Of a stretch of 32,000 nt of DNA, positions 16,783 to 24,693 are shown piece by piece. Where the stretch lies: positions 125,174 through 157,173 of the forward strand of contig NZ_MU078695.1 in assembly GCF_014078525.1 (NCBI RefSeq), read 5' to 3'. Positions within the stretch are counted from its first letter, which is position 1, and the number at the start of each line of letters is the position of its first letter. Source of the DNA: Nitrosopumilus sp. b3 (GTDB taxonomy: Archaea; Thermoproteota; Nitrososphaeria; Nitrososphaerales; Nitrosopumilaceae). The position numbers and the translations under genes are program-made. A model generated the notes under the pieces. It saw only the letters and a program-made list of their open reading frames with translations, did no database searches and had not been told where the DNA came from.

Positions 16783-17094
16783 AGAAAGAAGATCCATTTT
16801 TGATTTCAACAATCCAATAGATACTTCATTACCGATTTCAGGCAAAATATACTGTGCATTCAAGGCAAGATTAAATGATTTTTTCGGATCCTGATGTTTT
16901 TCCTTTAAGAGAAAATTTTCCAGATGTTTTATCAAGAACCCATCATCTAAATTCCAAGCATTTGCAAAATAGGCAATATCTGAACATAGGCCATTATGGT
17001 ACTTGATGGAATTCCCATAGTTTTTACGATCACATGATCGTAAGATACTACCTCAAAACAATATTATGATAATATTTATTTAGAAAGGAAAATT

Positions 17095-18060
17095 TTGTGT
17101 TGTATGTTTACATCTGCTTCTAAAACAGCATTTGTTTTTTCATTTATTGTTCTAATCAGTATGGGTATGTTGTTAGGGCATACGCATGCTCAAACAAATT
17201 TTGATTTTGGTGATGCTCCGGATGGCGGTCCTACGGGATATTCTACAGGTATTCTGTTAGGAGGTGCACAATTACCTCAAACTGGCAACTTCCCTTCATT
17301 GTTAGCAAATGACGGTGCTAGAACTATTACTCAATCTGCCACTTTGGGTTCTGCATCTACGTCTGAAAGTGATGCTAACATTACTGATGCAGACGCTGAT
17401 GATGATGGTCTAATTCAATTTGGAATTCAGCTAATATCGATACCAGCAGTAGGTACGCTTAACGTAGAGGTCGATTCTGTATCTGGCGGAACTTATTATC
17501 TCAACGCAGTAGCTGATCTGAATCAAGATGGTGAATGGGGCGGATTTGGAATTAATGGTGAGTCTGAATGGATTGTCCAAAATGAAATTGTCCCAATTTC
17601 ATCTGGTATTTTTACAAGCCAACCTTTTGCATATGGAAGTGGTAATCGAATCCCTGAAGATACATGGGTTAGAATAGCACTGACTAGTGAACCTGTCCCA
17701 AATAACTGGGATGGTACTGGTGTATTCAATGATGGTGAGATTGAAGATCATTTCATCCACGTTGATTTTGCAGGTAACTCTCCTCCTACTCCTCCTACTC
17801 CTCCTGCAATCATTATCATCGTTATCATAATTATCATAATTTTAATAATTATCATAATTCTGATAATCTTGATAATTATCTTTAAGATTACTTGGTTAAT
17901 TTGGATTGTTTTGGCCTTACTGGTAGTTGTGGTGGTCTTAGTTGTGATCGTATATGTGATTACAATTGAAATTACAATCTGTGATTCCATGTGCTATGAT
18001 GTACCTTCCAGTACTGTACCTCGTGAGAAGATTCCTTCTACAGAAATATTTGATGGCTAG
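17095..18060 (+). CDS. Secreted GEVED-domain-like protein with a PT linker and an extreme Ile/Leu/Val C-terminal membrane region
   Basis: TTG start and a signal-like N-terminus. 'FDFGDAPDG', 'ANDGAR', 'DADADDDG', 'ADLNQDGEW' and 'GEIEDHFIHV' match the pattern I recall for GEVED domains. These are followed by 'PPTPPTPP' and about 75 residues that are almost all I/L/V. Confidence 0.6.
   Translation: MCCMFTSASKTAFVFSFIVLISMGMLLGHTHAQTNFDFGDAPDGGPTGYSTGILLGGAQLPQTGNFPSLLANDGARTITQSATLGSASTSESDANITDADADDDGLIQFGIQLISIPAVGTLNVEVDSVSGGTYYLNAVADLNQDGEWGGFGINGESEWIVQNEIVPISSGIFTSQPFAYGSGNRIPEDTWVRIALTSEPVPNNWDGTGVFNDGEIEDHFIHVDFAGNSPPTPPTPPAIIIIVIIIIIILIIIIILIILIIIFKITWLIWIVLALLVVVVVLVVIVYVITIEITICDSMCYDVPSSTVPREKIPSTEIFDG
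17824..17877 (+). repeat. Six in-frame tandem copies of a 9-bp unit (ATCATAATT and variants) encoding III/LII triplets
   Basis: Read directly: atcataatt atcataatt ttaataatt atcataatt ctgataatc ttgataatt. Lies inside the poly-Ile segment of 17095..18060. Confidence 0.85.
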
Positions 18061-18140
18061 TCCTGAACAATTAGAGGATTATTTTTCTGAGTTTAGTAAA
18101 AGCGTGTTACTTTTTAAGATGGCACATCACAATTTCAGTC

Positions 18141-18728
18141 ATGGCAAACTGGAAGATTCTAGTCATTGCCGGTTTTGCAATAAACTTTCTAATCCCTTTA
18201 ACATTATGGACAAGCGGCGACTATGAGGGAAAGATAATACAAATTCCCCAACATGTAGAGTCACAACCAGTAACACTTGCACCAAAGGATTCCATAGAAT
18301 TAGTGTACTATCTTGATTCAGGGCAAATCCTTGGTTTTGGATTCATCGGTACTGCTGACAGAGTTACCCAACAAATGTTTGCAGCAGGAAGAGTTGATCT
18401 GCAAATAACAAACCACAACGGCCTTGACAATGGTCTGGAAAAAATCATGCCAACTGAATGCGAGTATCCAACAACGATTGGAACTGGACTTGGATGCTTT
18501 AGGACTACTGTTCCCTCAAACTATACGTTTACACTGACAAACAACAGTCCATTTGATCTTACCATCCCTGCAGTCCAGTTTGGCAAGCTTGATGGAGTGC
18601 TTGTAACTGAATTTGATGATACAATGGATGATGGAGACATTCTACCAATGTTTGCATATGAGATACTCGTTATAGTTTCAGCAGTACTGATCGTTACAGG
18701 TTTTCTTTTAAGATATTATAGAAAATAA
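18141..18728 (+). CDS. Hypothetical membrane-anchored extracellular protein
   Basis: 195 aa. N-terminal hydrophobic segment (ILVIAGFAINFLIPLTLW) and a C-terminal TM plus basic tail (ILVIVSAVLIVTGFLLRYYRK). Confidence 0.5.
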   Translation: MANWKILVIAGFAINFLIPLTLWTSGDYEGKIIQIPQHVESQPVTLAPKDSIELVYYLDSGQILGFGFIGTADRVTQQMFAAGRVDLQITNHNGLDNGLEKIMPTECEYPTTIGTGLGCFRTTVPSNYTFTLTNNSPFDLTIPAVQFGKLDGVLVTEFDDTMDDGDILPMFAYEILVIVSAVLIVTGFLLRYYRK

Positions 18729-18910
18729 CTCAAAATTTAAGACAACCGTCATAAAATCACGCACCAAACGGGGGCGTTCTATTTTTACTGATTGTCGATA
18801 AACTAGTTAACGCTGATTTCTATTCTTGGAATCCTTTTTTCAAACCATTATAAGCACTCAGACGGTTGGGTTAGTTTTGATAATGGTCAGAATAATTAAT
18901 TGTAAAAATT

Positions 18911-19960
18911 CTAACTTACGTTAACAATTCCAGTCATCCAAGGATGAACCATGCAGAAATAATCATATTTTCCTGCTTTCTCAAATGTATGCTCAAAGGT
19001 TGAACCTGACATAAATAATCCAGAGTCAAAGACCCCAGTCACTCCAGCATCAACAGTTCCACTAGTTACAGTATGTGCAGCTGAATCATCATTACTCCAA
19101 GTAACTGTTTGTCCAACAGATACAGTAATCTCGTAAGGCAAGTAACACTCGTTTGTTTCTTCACATCCCGGAATTGCAGCACCTGCAGGAATTGAGACAA
19201 TAGACGTTGTTTCTGTTTCTACCATTGGTTCGGGTTCTGGCTCCATTACAGGTTCTGGTTCTGCCATTGGTTCAGGGTCTGGCTCTTCAATTACCATCAT
19301 CTCTTCAATTTCATTAACAACAACTTTGCCAGTCATCCAAGGATGAACCATGCAGAAATAATCATATGTTCCTGATTCGTCAAAAGTAAATTCAAAAGTT
19401 GAACCTGACATAAATAAACTAGAATCAAATATTCCATCATGTCCATCAGAGATATTTCCACTAGTTACAGTATGAGCAGCACTGTCAGGATTATTCCAGA
19501 TTACAGTGTCACCCACAGAAATTGAAATTGAATAAGGCAAGTAACACTCGTTTGTTTCTTCACATCCAGGTACTCCAGAACCTTCAGCAATGTTTACTGT
19601 ATGAATTCCAGATGTCATTGGAGCAGACATAGTTGGTTCAGGGGTTGGCTCTACCATTGGTTCAGGCTCTGCAATTTCTTCAGGTTGAACTCTTGGTTTA
19701 ACCTTAGGATCATCAACACTGCATTCGCCGTCATGGGCTAATTTTACATCAGCAGCGTTTAACATGCATAAATTACCATAAGTTTCTCCATCAACACCAC
19801 ATACAGGGGCATATTCCCTTGTACAAGCAGTTGGTTTTTCAACTGAAACTATTCTTGGTTGAATTACATCATCAGGGTTCATTGCAATGAATCCCATTGT
19901 GATTGCAGCTAAAACACCAACAATTGCTATTACTCCATATGCAAAATTCATCTCATCCAC
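18911..19960 (-). CDS. Membrane-anchored Kazal-like domain fused to two tandem amicyanin/plastocyanin-type cupredoxin domains
   Basis: N-terminal TM, then 'CTREYAPVCGVDGETYGNLCMLNAADVKLAHDGEC' (Kazal-like PVCG.DG.TY.N.C motif). Two roughly 70% identical domains follow, each ending 'YDYFCMVHPWMTG' (C-x2-H-x2-M type-1 Cu ligand loop with an upstream 'AAHTV' His). PEPEP-rich linkers. Confidence 0.75.
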   Translation of the reverse strand: MDEMNFAYGVIAIVGVLAAITMGFIAMNPDDVIQPRIVSVEKPTACTREYAPVCGVDGETYGNLCMLNAADVKLAHDGECSVDDPKVKPRVQPEEIAEPEPMVEPTPEPTMSAPMTSGIHTVNIAEGSGVPGCEETNECYLPYSISISVGDTVIWNNPDSAAHTVTSGNISDGHDGIFDSSLFMSGSTFEFTFDESGTYDYFCMVHPWMTGKVVVNEIEEMMVIEEPDPEPMAEPEPVMEPEPEPMVETETTSIVSIPAGAAIPGCEETNECYLPYEITVSVGQTVTWSNDDSAAHTVTSGTVDAGVTGVFDSGLFMSGSTFEHTFEKAGKYDYFCMVHPWMTGIVNVS

Positions 19961-20441
19961 CTGTTAACTTTGCAAACTTTTCGTTCTTACTTAACTTTTC
20001 CATAAATTCAATATTTGATAGGGCCACAACTGCAGATTCTACGACTGGTGGTTCTGGATCGTTTAGTGCTTTTTGAAGTGCCTCTTTAGCTTCTTTATTT
20101 CCAACAACACCCAATGCTATTGCGGCCTCATGTCGAACAAACATACTTGGATCATGAAGAGTCGCATCAGTTAATGGCGGAATAGCACTAGAGTAACTCA
20201 TCTGACCTAATGCAAATGCAGCCTCATGTCTAACCAATTCATTTTCATCATTTTTCAAAACTTTAGCAATATACTCTACTTTATCCTCTCCTCCAAAATC
20301 AACTAAAATACAAGCTACTCTAGTTCTTACAACATAATCAGGATGATCTAAAAGGGATACAAAATAATCAGTATCTTTCTGCTCGTACTTTTCTTCCATT
20401 TCAGCAAAAAGTGCTAATCTGTCATCAGTTACTACTTGCAA
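19953..20441 (-). CDS. HEAT-repeat (PBS-lyase-type) protein
   Basis: 162 aa. Repeated 'D....VR..AA.ALG' units ('VRHEAAFALGQM', 'VRHEAAIALGVVG', 'VVESAVVALSNI'). Its 3' end overlaps the start of the downstream gene by 8 bp. Confidence 0.7.
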   Translation of the reverse strand: MQVVTDDRLALFAEMEEKYEQKDTDYFVSLLDHPDYVVRTRVACILVDFGGEDKVEYIAKVLKNDENELVRHEAAFALGQMSYSSAIPPLTDATLHDPSMFVRHEAAIALGVVGNKEAKEALQKALNDPEPPVVESAVVALSNIEFMEKLSKNEKFAKLTGG

Positions 20442-20489
20442 TTTGTTTTGAAACTTTGTGTGTCCTATATTAGGTTACTTGAAAAAATT

Positions 20490-20945
20490 CTAATAATTTT
20501 GATTCAATACAAAAGAATTCGAAGTCCTTTTGTCCGGTGGAGACTTTTTCTTTGAATCAACCTTTTTTCCACTATTCAACACATCAACAATAGTTTTCAT
20601 CAGTACCATTCGATTCATGGGTTTTGGAAGATAACTAAAGGCACCCATTTTCATTAGTTCATTGATGCTAGTTTGATCACCAACATATGCCGAAGTCACA
20701 ACAACTCTTGTGTTCATGTTATCTTTAACAATGGCTTTCAATACTTTAAAACCATCAACATTAGGCATTTTCAAATCTAATAAAATCACATCTGGTTTGT
20801 GCTTTAGATACATTTGAAGACCTTCATATCCATCTTTGGCCTCCACTATACGAGCCCATTTTACAGTTCTTTTCAGAGTGTCCCTAAAGAATACACGAAA
20901 GGCATGAGAGTCATCAACTATCAGCACAATTGGGAATTTTCTCAC
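20490..20945 (-). CDS. CheY-like response-regulator receiver protein (no output domain)
   Basis: 151 aa. 'VLIVDDS', 'DVILLDLKMP', 'VVVTSA' and 'YLPKP' are canonical receiver motifs with the phospho-acceptor Asp. Confidence 0.85.
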   Translation of the reverse strand: MRKFPIVLIVDDSHAFRVFFRDTLKRTVKWARIVEAKDGYEGLQMYLKHKPDVILLDLKMPNVDGFKVLKAIVKDNMNTRVVVTSAYVGDQTSINELMKMGAFSYLPKPMNRMVLMKTIVDVLNSGKKVDSKKKSPPDKRTSNSFVLNQNY

Positions 20946-21101
20946 ATATACAGTTCATTTCTGAGAGATTTATCGAATTGTTTGTTTATTTTAACAATCA
21001 AAGATCCCTGATTTTTAATATGAATTAGCTTTCTTTTAAGATCTAGGTAGATTCAAGGTATAATTCAGTGTAAAAAAACTGCACTCAGCAGTTAGTATTT
21101 A

Positions 21102-21791
21102 ATGGAAAAAATACAAGAATGCATCATGAGCGCAGTAATTGGTCAAAAAGCACCAAATTTCGGGGTTTCAGAATGGGTTCAAGGTGCACCAACAAACTTT
21201 GATCAGGAAAAAGACCACATTGTGGTATTAGAAGTATTTCAGGTCAATTGTCCAGGATGCTTTATGAATGCATTACCAGAGGCAATTAACATTTACAACA
21301 AATACAAAGATGACGGAGTTAGAGTACTGGGTCTTGCAACAGCATTTGAAGATTTTGACAAAAATACATTAGAAAATTTGAAGATGCTTGCAGAAACTGG
21401 AGAAGTTATTGGAGAAACTAAGAATGCGCTATCAATGTATGGACAATTAAAAGATGGAAACAAGCTAAGTTATAAAATTCCATTTCCATTAGGGATGGAT
21501 AATTTAACAAAGACTTCAGGTGAGATTAGCCAAGAAAAAATTATGGAGTTCATCTATCCGCAAATTCCTGATTTTGACTCACAGCCCGATGATTATAAAA
21601 ATCAGATCATCCAAAGAGTCAAAGACTATATGAAATCAAAAGAATACTCTGCTGAAACATTTGAAAAATTTGCATTACAAGGAACTCCATCAACAATAAT
21701 AGTAGATAGAAAAGGAATTCTCAGAGATGTGTCATTTGGGCAAACAGGACACATAGAATCAATTATTGAGAAATTAATTGCTGAAGACTAA
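21102..21791 (+). CDS. Thioredoxin-fold redoxin (TlpA/AhpC-TSA-like, CPGC active site)
   Basis: 229 aa. 'IGQKAPNF', 'VLEVFQVNCPGC' and 'GTPSTIIVDRKG' are typical of thiol-disulfide oxidoreductases. The start could be ATG 21102 or the internal ATG giving MSAVIGQ. Confidence 0.7.
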   Translation: MEKIQECIMSAVIGQKAPNFGVSEWVQGAPTNFDQEKDHIVVLEVFQVNCPGCFMNALPEAINIYNKYKDDGVRVLGLATAFEDFDKNTLENLKMLAETGEVIGETKNALSMYGQLKDGNKLSYKIPFPLGMDNLTKTSGEISQEKIMEFIYPQIPDFDSQPDDYKNQIIQRVKDYMKSKEYSAETFEKFALQGTPSTIIVDRKGILRDVSFGQTGHIESIIEKLIAED

Positions 21792-21792
21792 A

Positions 21793-21873
21793 TCAACGTA
21801 AAAAGAGCAGTGCGATTGACAGAGCAACTACAGTAACAAACCCCCCAATCAAAGCAATTTTTGGATTATCCAT
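21793..21873 (-). CDS. Possible 26-aa single-TM micro-protein (MDNPKIALIGGFVTVVALSIALLFLR)
   Basis: Found by hand. The ATG is 6 nt downstream of the stop of 21880..22245 on the same strand. It has a hydrophobic core and a terminal Arg. Could be a chance ORF. Confidence 0.3.
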   Translation of the reverse strand: MDNPKIALIGGFVTVVALSIALLFLR

Positions 21874-21879
21874 GAATAA

Positions 21880-22245
21880 TCATTTAGGTTGGTTTTCATA
21901 ATAGAGTTTGATCACTTCATCAACTACAACATTAGTATCTGCATCTTTTTCAGCACTAACCAAAAGCAGATGCTCAGCACCAAGGTAAAATGAAAATCGC
22001 TTGACTTTATCATATTCGCCTAGAGTGTATTTTGTCATGCCCAACCATTTTGACATGTCTTTTCGTGCTTTCCAATCCATAATTGAAAGATTAACTAATT
22101 CATTTTCAGCATGGTTGGAAAGTAAATTTTCAACTCCCTCGCGCATCCCACCTGCAACACGTGAAGCCCATTCATCATATACAGTAGCAAATCTAATTTT
22201 AGGATCAGCAGCTAAAATATCTGAACAAAATTTTTCATAATCCAT
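21880..22245 (-). CDS. Hypothetical cytoplasmic protein (121 aa)
   Basis: Long ORF with sensible composition. No family recognised by eye. Confidence 0.5.
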   Translation of the reverse strand: MDYEKFCSDILAADPKIRFATVYDEWASRVAGGMREGVENLLSNHAENELVNLSIMDWKARKDMSKWLGMTKYTLGEYDKVKRFSFYLGAEHLLLVSAEKDADTNVVVDEVIKLYYENQPK

Positions 22246-22298
22246 AAAATGTGTTCATATCTTAAATTATTAGAGTTTTTGTATCAATATTAGATGAA

Positions 22299-22850
22299 TT
22301 ACTTTCTTTTCTTTAGTTTCACTGCAATTAATGCTGCTGCAACAATCACAACCCCAACAAGCATAACCAAACCAAGAGAATCAGAAATTGTTTCTTCTTT
22401 TTGTATTGAAGGTATCTCATTTTGAGTTACTGTATCTTTCTCTTCCAATCCTTGAAGATAGGTTGTTCCAAAAATCTCCAATTTGTTTTCACCACTTCCA
22501 GTAAAATTCAATGTGATAAATGAGATTTTTTCATTGGAGTTAATTTTTGGAAAATATTGTTGCTCGTTGAGATAAAATGTGAAATTACCTCCCAAAAGGG
22601 TTTGAGGAATTAGCACTTCACCCAAATTATTTTCTAATCCACTGTTAATGAACAGAGACAGTCTTTTCTCATCAGGGTCAAAATCAAAATCAAGTATATT
22701 GAAATTAGAAATTGTTTCAATTTCAAATGTATGACCACCTGTTTGAATATCCAATCGATTTACTAACCCTGTTGCATCAGACAAAGCCTGACCGTATGCA
22801 GGTAAAATTACAAATAGTAAAACTAGAGGAACTGAAAATAATATCTTCAA
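22299..22850 (-). CDS. Secreted surface protein, paralog of 3392..4006 and 24690..25556, with a C-terminal TM plus KLKKRK
   Basis: TTG start 1 nt after the rpl15e stop. Signal peptide 'VLLFVILPAYGQA'. Shares the family end-motif 'NKLEIFGTT'. C-terminal anchor 'LVMLVGVVIVAAALIAVKLKKRK'. Confidence 0.6.
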   Translation of the reverse strand: MKILFSVPLVLLFVILPAYGQALSDATGLVNRLDIQTGGHTFEIETISNFNILDFDFDPDEKRLSLFINSGLENNLGEVLIPQTLLGGNFTFYLNEQQYFPKINSNEKISFITLNFTGSGENKLEIFGTTYLQGLEEKDTVTQNEIPSIQKEETISDSLGLVMLVGVVIVAAALIAVKLKKRK

Positions 22851-22851
22851 C

Positions 22852-23316
22852 TTATGCAGTTTGAGGAATTCGTCTGTTTAATTCTTTATCCTGAGCAATT
22901 CTTGGATGTTGGGGATCTGCCAAGATAACTTCAAACCAATAATGTTTTCCATCTTTATAGATAAAGTAAGAACCTAAAAGTTTCATATTTGGATATCTTT
23001 CAAGAACTCTTCTATTTGCAACAGTTTTCATGTTATCATCTGCTTTGATTCTTGTAACACCGAGATGTTTTGGTCTTCTACCACCAGTTGGTCTTTGTTT
23101 TCTCATACCACCAGTACCAACTCGCATTCTAACAACAATGATTCCTTGTTTTGCTTTGTAACCTAATCTTCTAGCCCTCTCCAATCTACTGGGTTTTTCA
23201 ATTCTAGTGATTGCATTTTGCTTACGCCATCCAACTACACGTTCACGTAGTTCAGGAGCATTTTCCTTCCAAAGACTGATCCACATTTTGTCTTGATGAC
23301 TAGGCATATCAGGCAT
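22852..23316 (-). CDS. rpl15e: 50S ribosomal protein L15e
   Basis: 154 aa. 'RIEKPSRLERARRLGYKAKQG', 'VRMRVGTGG' and 'VILADPQHP' match the L15e family pattern. Confidence 0.9.
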   Translation of the reverse strand: MPDMPSHQDKMWISLWKENAPELRERVVGWRKQNAITRIEKPSRLERARRLGYKAKQGIIVVRMRVGTGGMRKQRPTGGRRPKHLGVTRIKADDNMKTVANRRVLERYPNMKLLGSYFIYKDGKHYWFEVILADPQHPRIAQDKELNRRIPQTA

Positions 23317-23521
23317 AAAAAAATCCCCTTTAATAACTGTAAATCAAAAATTTATTCCAAGCAACGCTAAGTTGTAAAAATTGCTTTGAGTGAACGAATT
23401 TCACTCACTCAAAGATTTTGCTTCCGCAGAAAACTCGATAATAAAACTAGTCCCAAGTTATTAAAAAGGATTCCTCAGGAATTATTTGAGATTTTTATTG
23501 GACAGTATGAGAAAATGAGGG

Positions 23522-24181
23522 ATGAGAACAAAATCTACTTTATTATCATTATTTGTGGCATTAAGCATCATTTCAGTTATTCCAAGTATTCACGCAGAGC
23601 CTTCAGTTGAGATAATATTGGAAAAAACTACCTACACCTATTGTGAAAAATTATTTTACATAATTGAGGTTTCTGAAATCACTGAAGAATCTGCAATTAT
23701 TCACATAAGAGATGAATCAGGTAAAGGTAGCAGTGCAATACCAATTCAAATTACAGAATTACAGACTCCAGTTCCATCACTGATTCCATTTGAAAAAGAA
23801 ATATTCCCATTAGGAAAATATTTCATAGATGTTCAATATTCAGGAGTCCAAGTTACTGCAGAATTTAATTTAATTGATTCAGATTCAATATGTATTCCAG
23901 AATTAATCAAACCCATAATGGCCAACTGGTTGTCTGAAAATATTTCAGATGGATTTCTAATGGATGCATTTGAAAAGTATGTAGATAGAAAGTTGGTAAA
24001 CATACCAATTGAAATTAACGAGAATAATGTTTACGATGTAACAATTCCTGATTGGGTGAAAAATGTTGGATATTGGTGGATTGGAGAAGCAATATCGGAT
24101 GAAGATTTGGGAAATAATCTAAACTATTTAATTGATAAAAAAATAATCTCTTTTTCATCAGAAATTAGTGAAGAGATATGA
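23522..24181 (+). CDS. Secreted hypothetical protein
   Basis: 219 aa. Signal peptide 'LLSLFVALSIISVIPSIHA|EPS'. ATGA overlap with the next gene. Confidence 0.55.
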   Translation: MRTKSTLLSLFVALSIISVIPSIHAEPSVEIILEKTTYTYCEKLFYIIEVSEITEESAIIHIRDESGKGSSAIPIQITELQTPVPSLIPFEKEIFPLGKYFIDVQYSGVQVTAEFNLIDSDSICIPELIKPIMANWLSENISDGFLMDAFEKYVDRKLVNIPIEINENNVYDVTIPDWVKNVGYWWIGEAISDEDLGNNLNYLIDKKIISFSSEISEEI

Positions 24182-24693
24182 ACAAACATTCAATCATTAC
24201 AGGAATTGCAATAATAGTAATTGTGATTCCTTTTTTGGTTTCTGGATTAAACATTCTTGGAACACAGACATTAGAGTATAGATGGGGAGGTCCTGGTCAA
24301 TTTAGTTTCTTTGCAATGTCCAATCATGGGGATATTGAATTCTGCAATACAATGCCGTTTTGGACCAGCTTTCAAAAATACGAGGTCGCATTATTTTATG
24401 ATTCAAAGCACATAGGTTCATTTGTAGTAAATCCTTTGATAATCAATCCATTATCATCACAGGTACAATCAGGGATTTTTACATCAGAAGAGATTGCAGC
24501 TACACAGCATGTCTTTATGACTTTGGATTTTGAGTTTGATGGTGGAGATATCAGACTAGATCCAAACAAATTCATCACAGTTATTCAAATCGATACTCCA
24601 ATTATAGGAATGATTCCATATTCAACTACAACGCAGATATCAGGATTTGATTTTGACAAAATAATGAATTCAGATAACTTGTCTTGTGATTAG
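24178..24693 (+). CDS. N-terminally anchored membrane protein
   Basis: 171 aa. N-terminal TM 'IITGIAIIVIVIPFLVSGL'. Translationally coupled to 23522..24181. Confidence 0.5.
   Translation: MNKHSIITGIAIIVIVIPFLVSGLNILGTQTLEYRWGGPGQFSFFAMSNHGDIEFCNTMPFWTSFQKYEVALFYDSKHIGSFVVNPLIINPLSSQVQSGIFTSEEIAATQHVFMTLDFEFDGGDIRLDPNKFITVIQIDTPIIGMIPYSTTTQISGFDFDKIMNSDNLSCD

Noticed and set aside
16672-16935. 87-aa minus-strand ORF and 68-aa plus-strand ORF (16688..16894) at the right border of the accessory block
   Set aside because: The minus ORF has only a TTG start and runs antisense through the zinc-ribbon gene. The plus ORF is an alternate frame of the same region. At most these are remnants, as noted in the finding on 16783-17094.
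17966-18226. 86-aa ORF bridging the 17095..18060 and 18141..18728 genes
   Set aside because: It overlaps both better-supported neighbours out of frame, and no motifs are present.
18729-18910. Possible small RNA in the 182-bp gap between convergent genes (GC-richer patch 'cacgcaccaaacgggggcgttc', two CTGA motifs, 8-bp distant complement GACGGTTG/CAACCGTC)
   Set aside because: There is no C box (RUGAUGA), no convincing stem and no tRNA-like structure. The T-runs are adequately explained as terminators of the two convergent genes.
23386-23610. 74-aa plus-strand ORF (TTG start) overlapping the start of 23522..24181
   Set aside because: It begins inside the inverted repeat of the intergenic region and overlaps, out of frame, a gene with a clear signal peptide. 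Its composition looks like translated non-coding or alternate-frame sequence.
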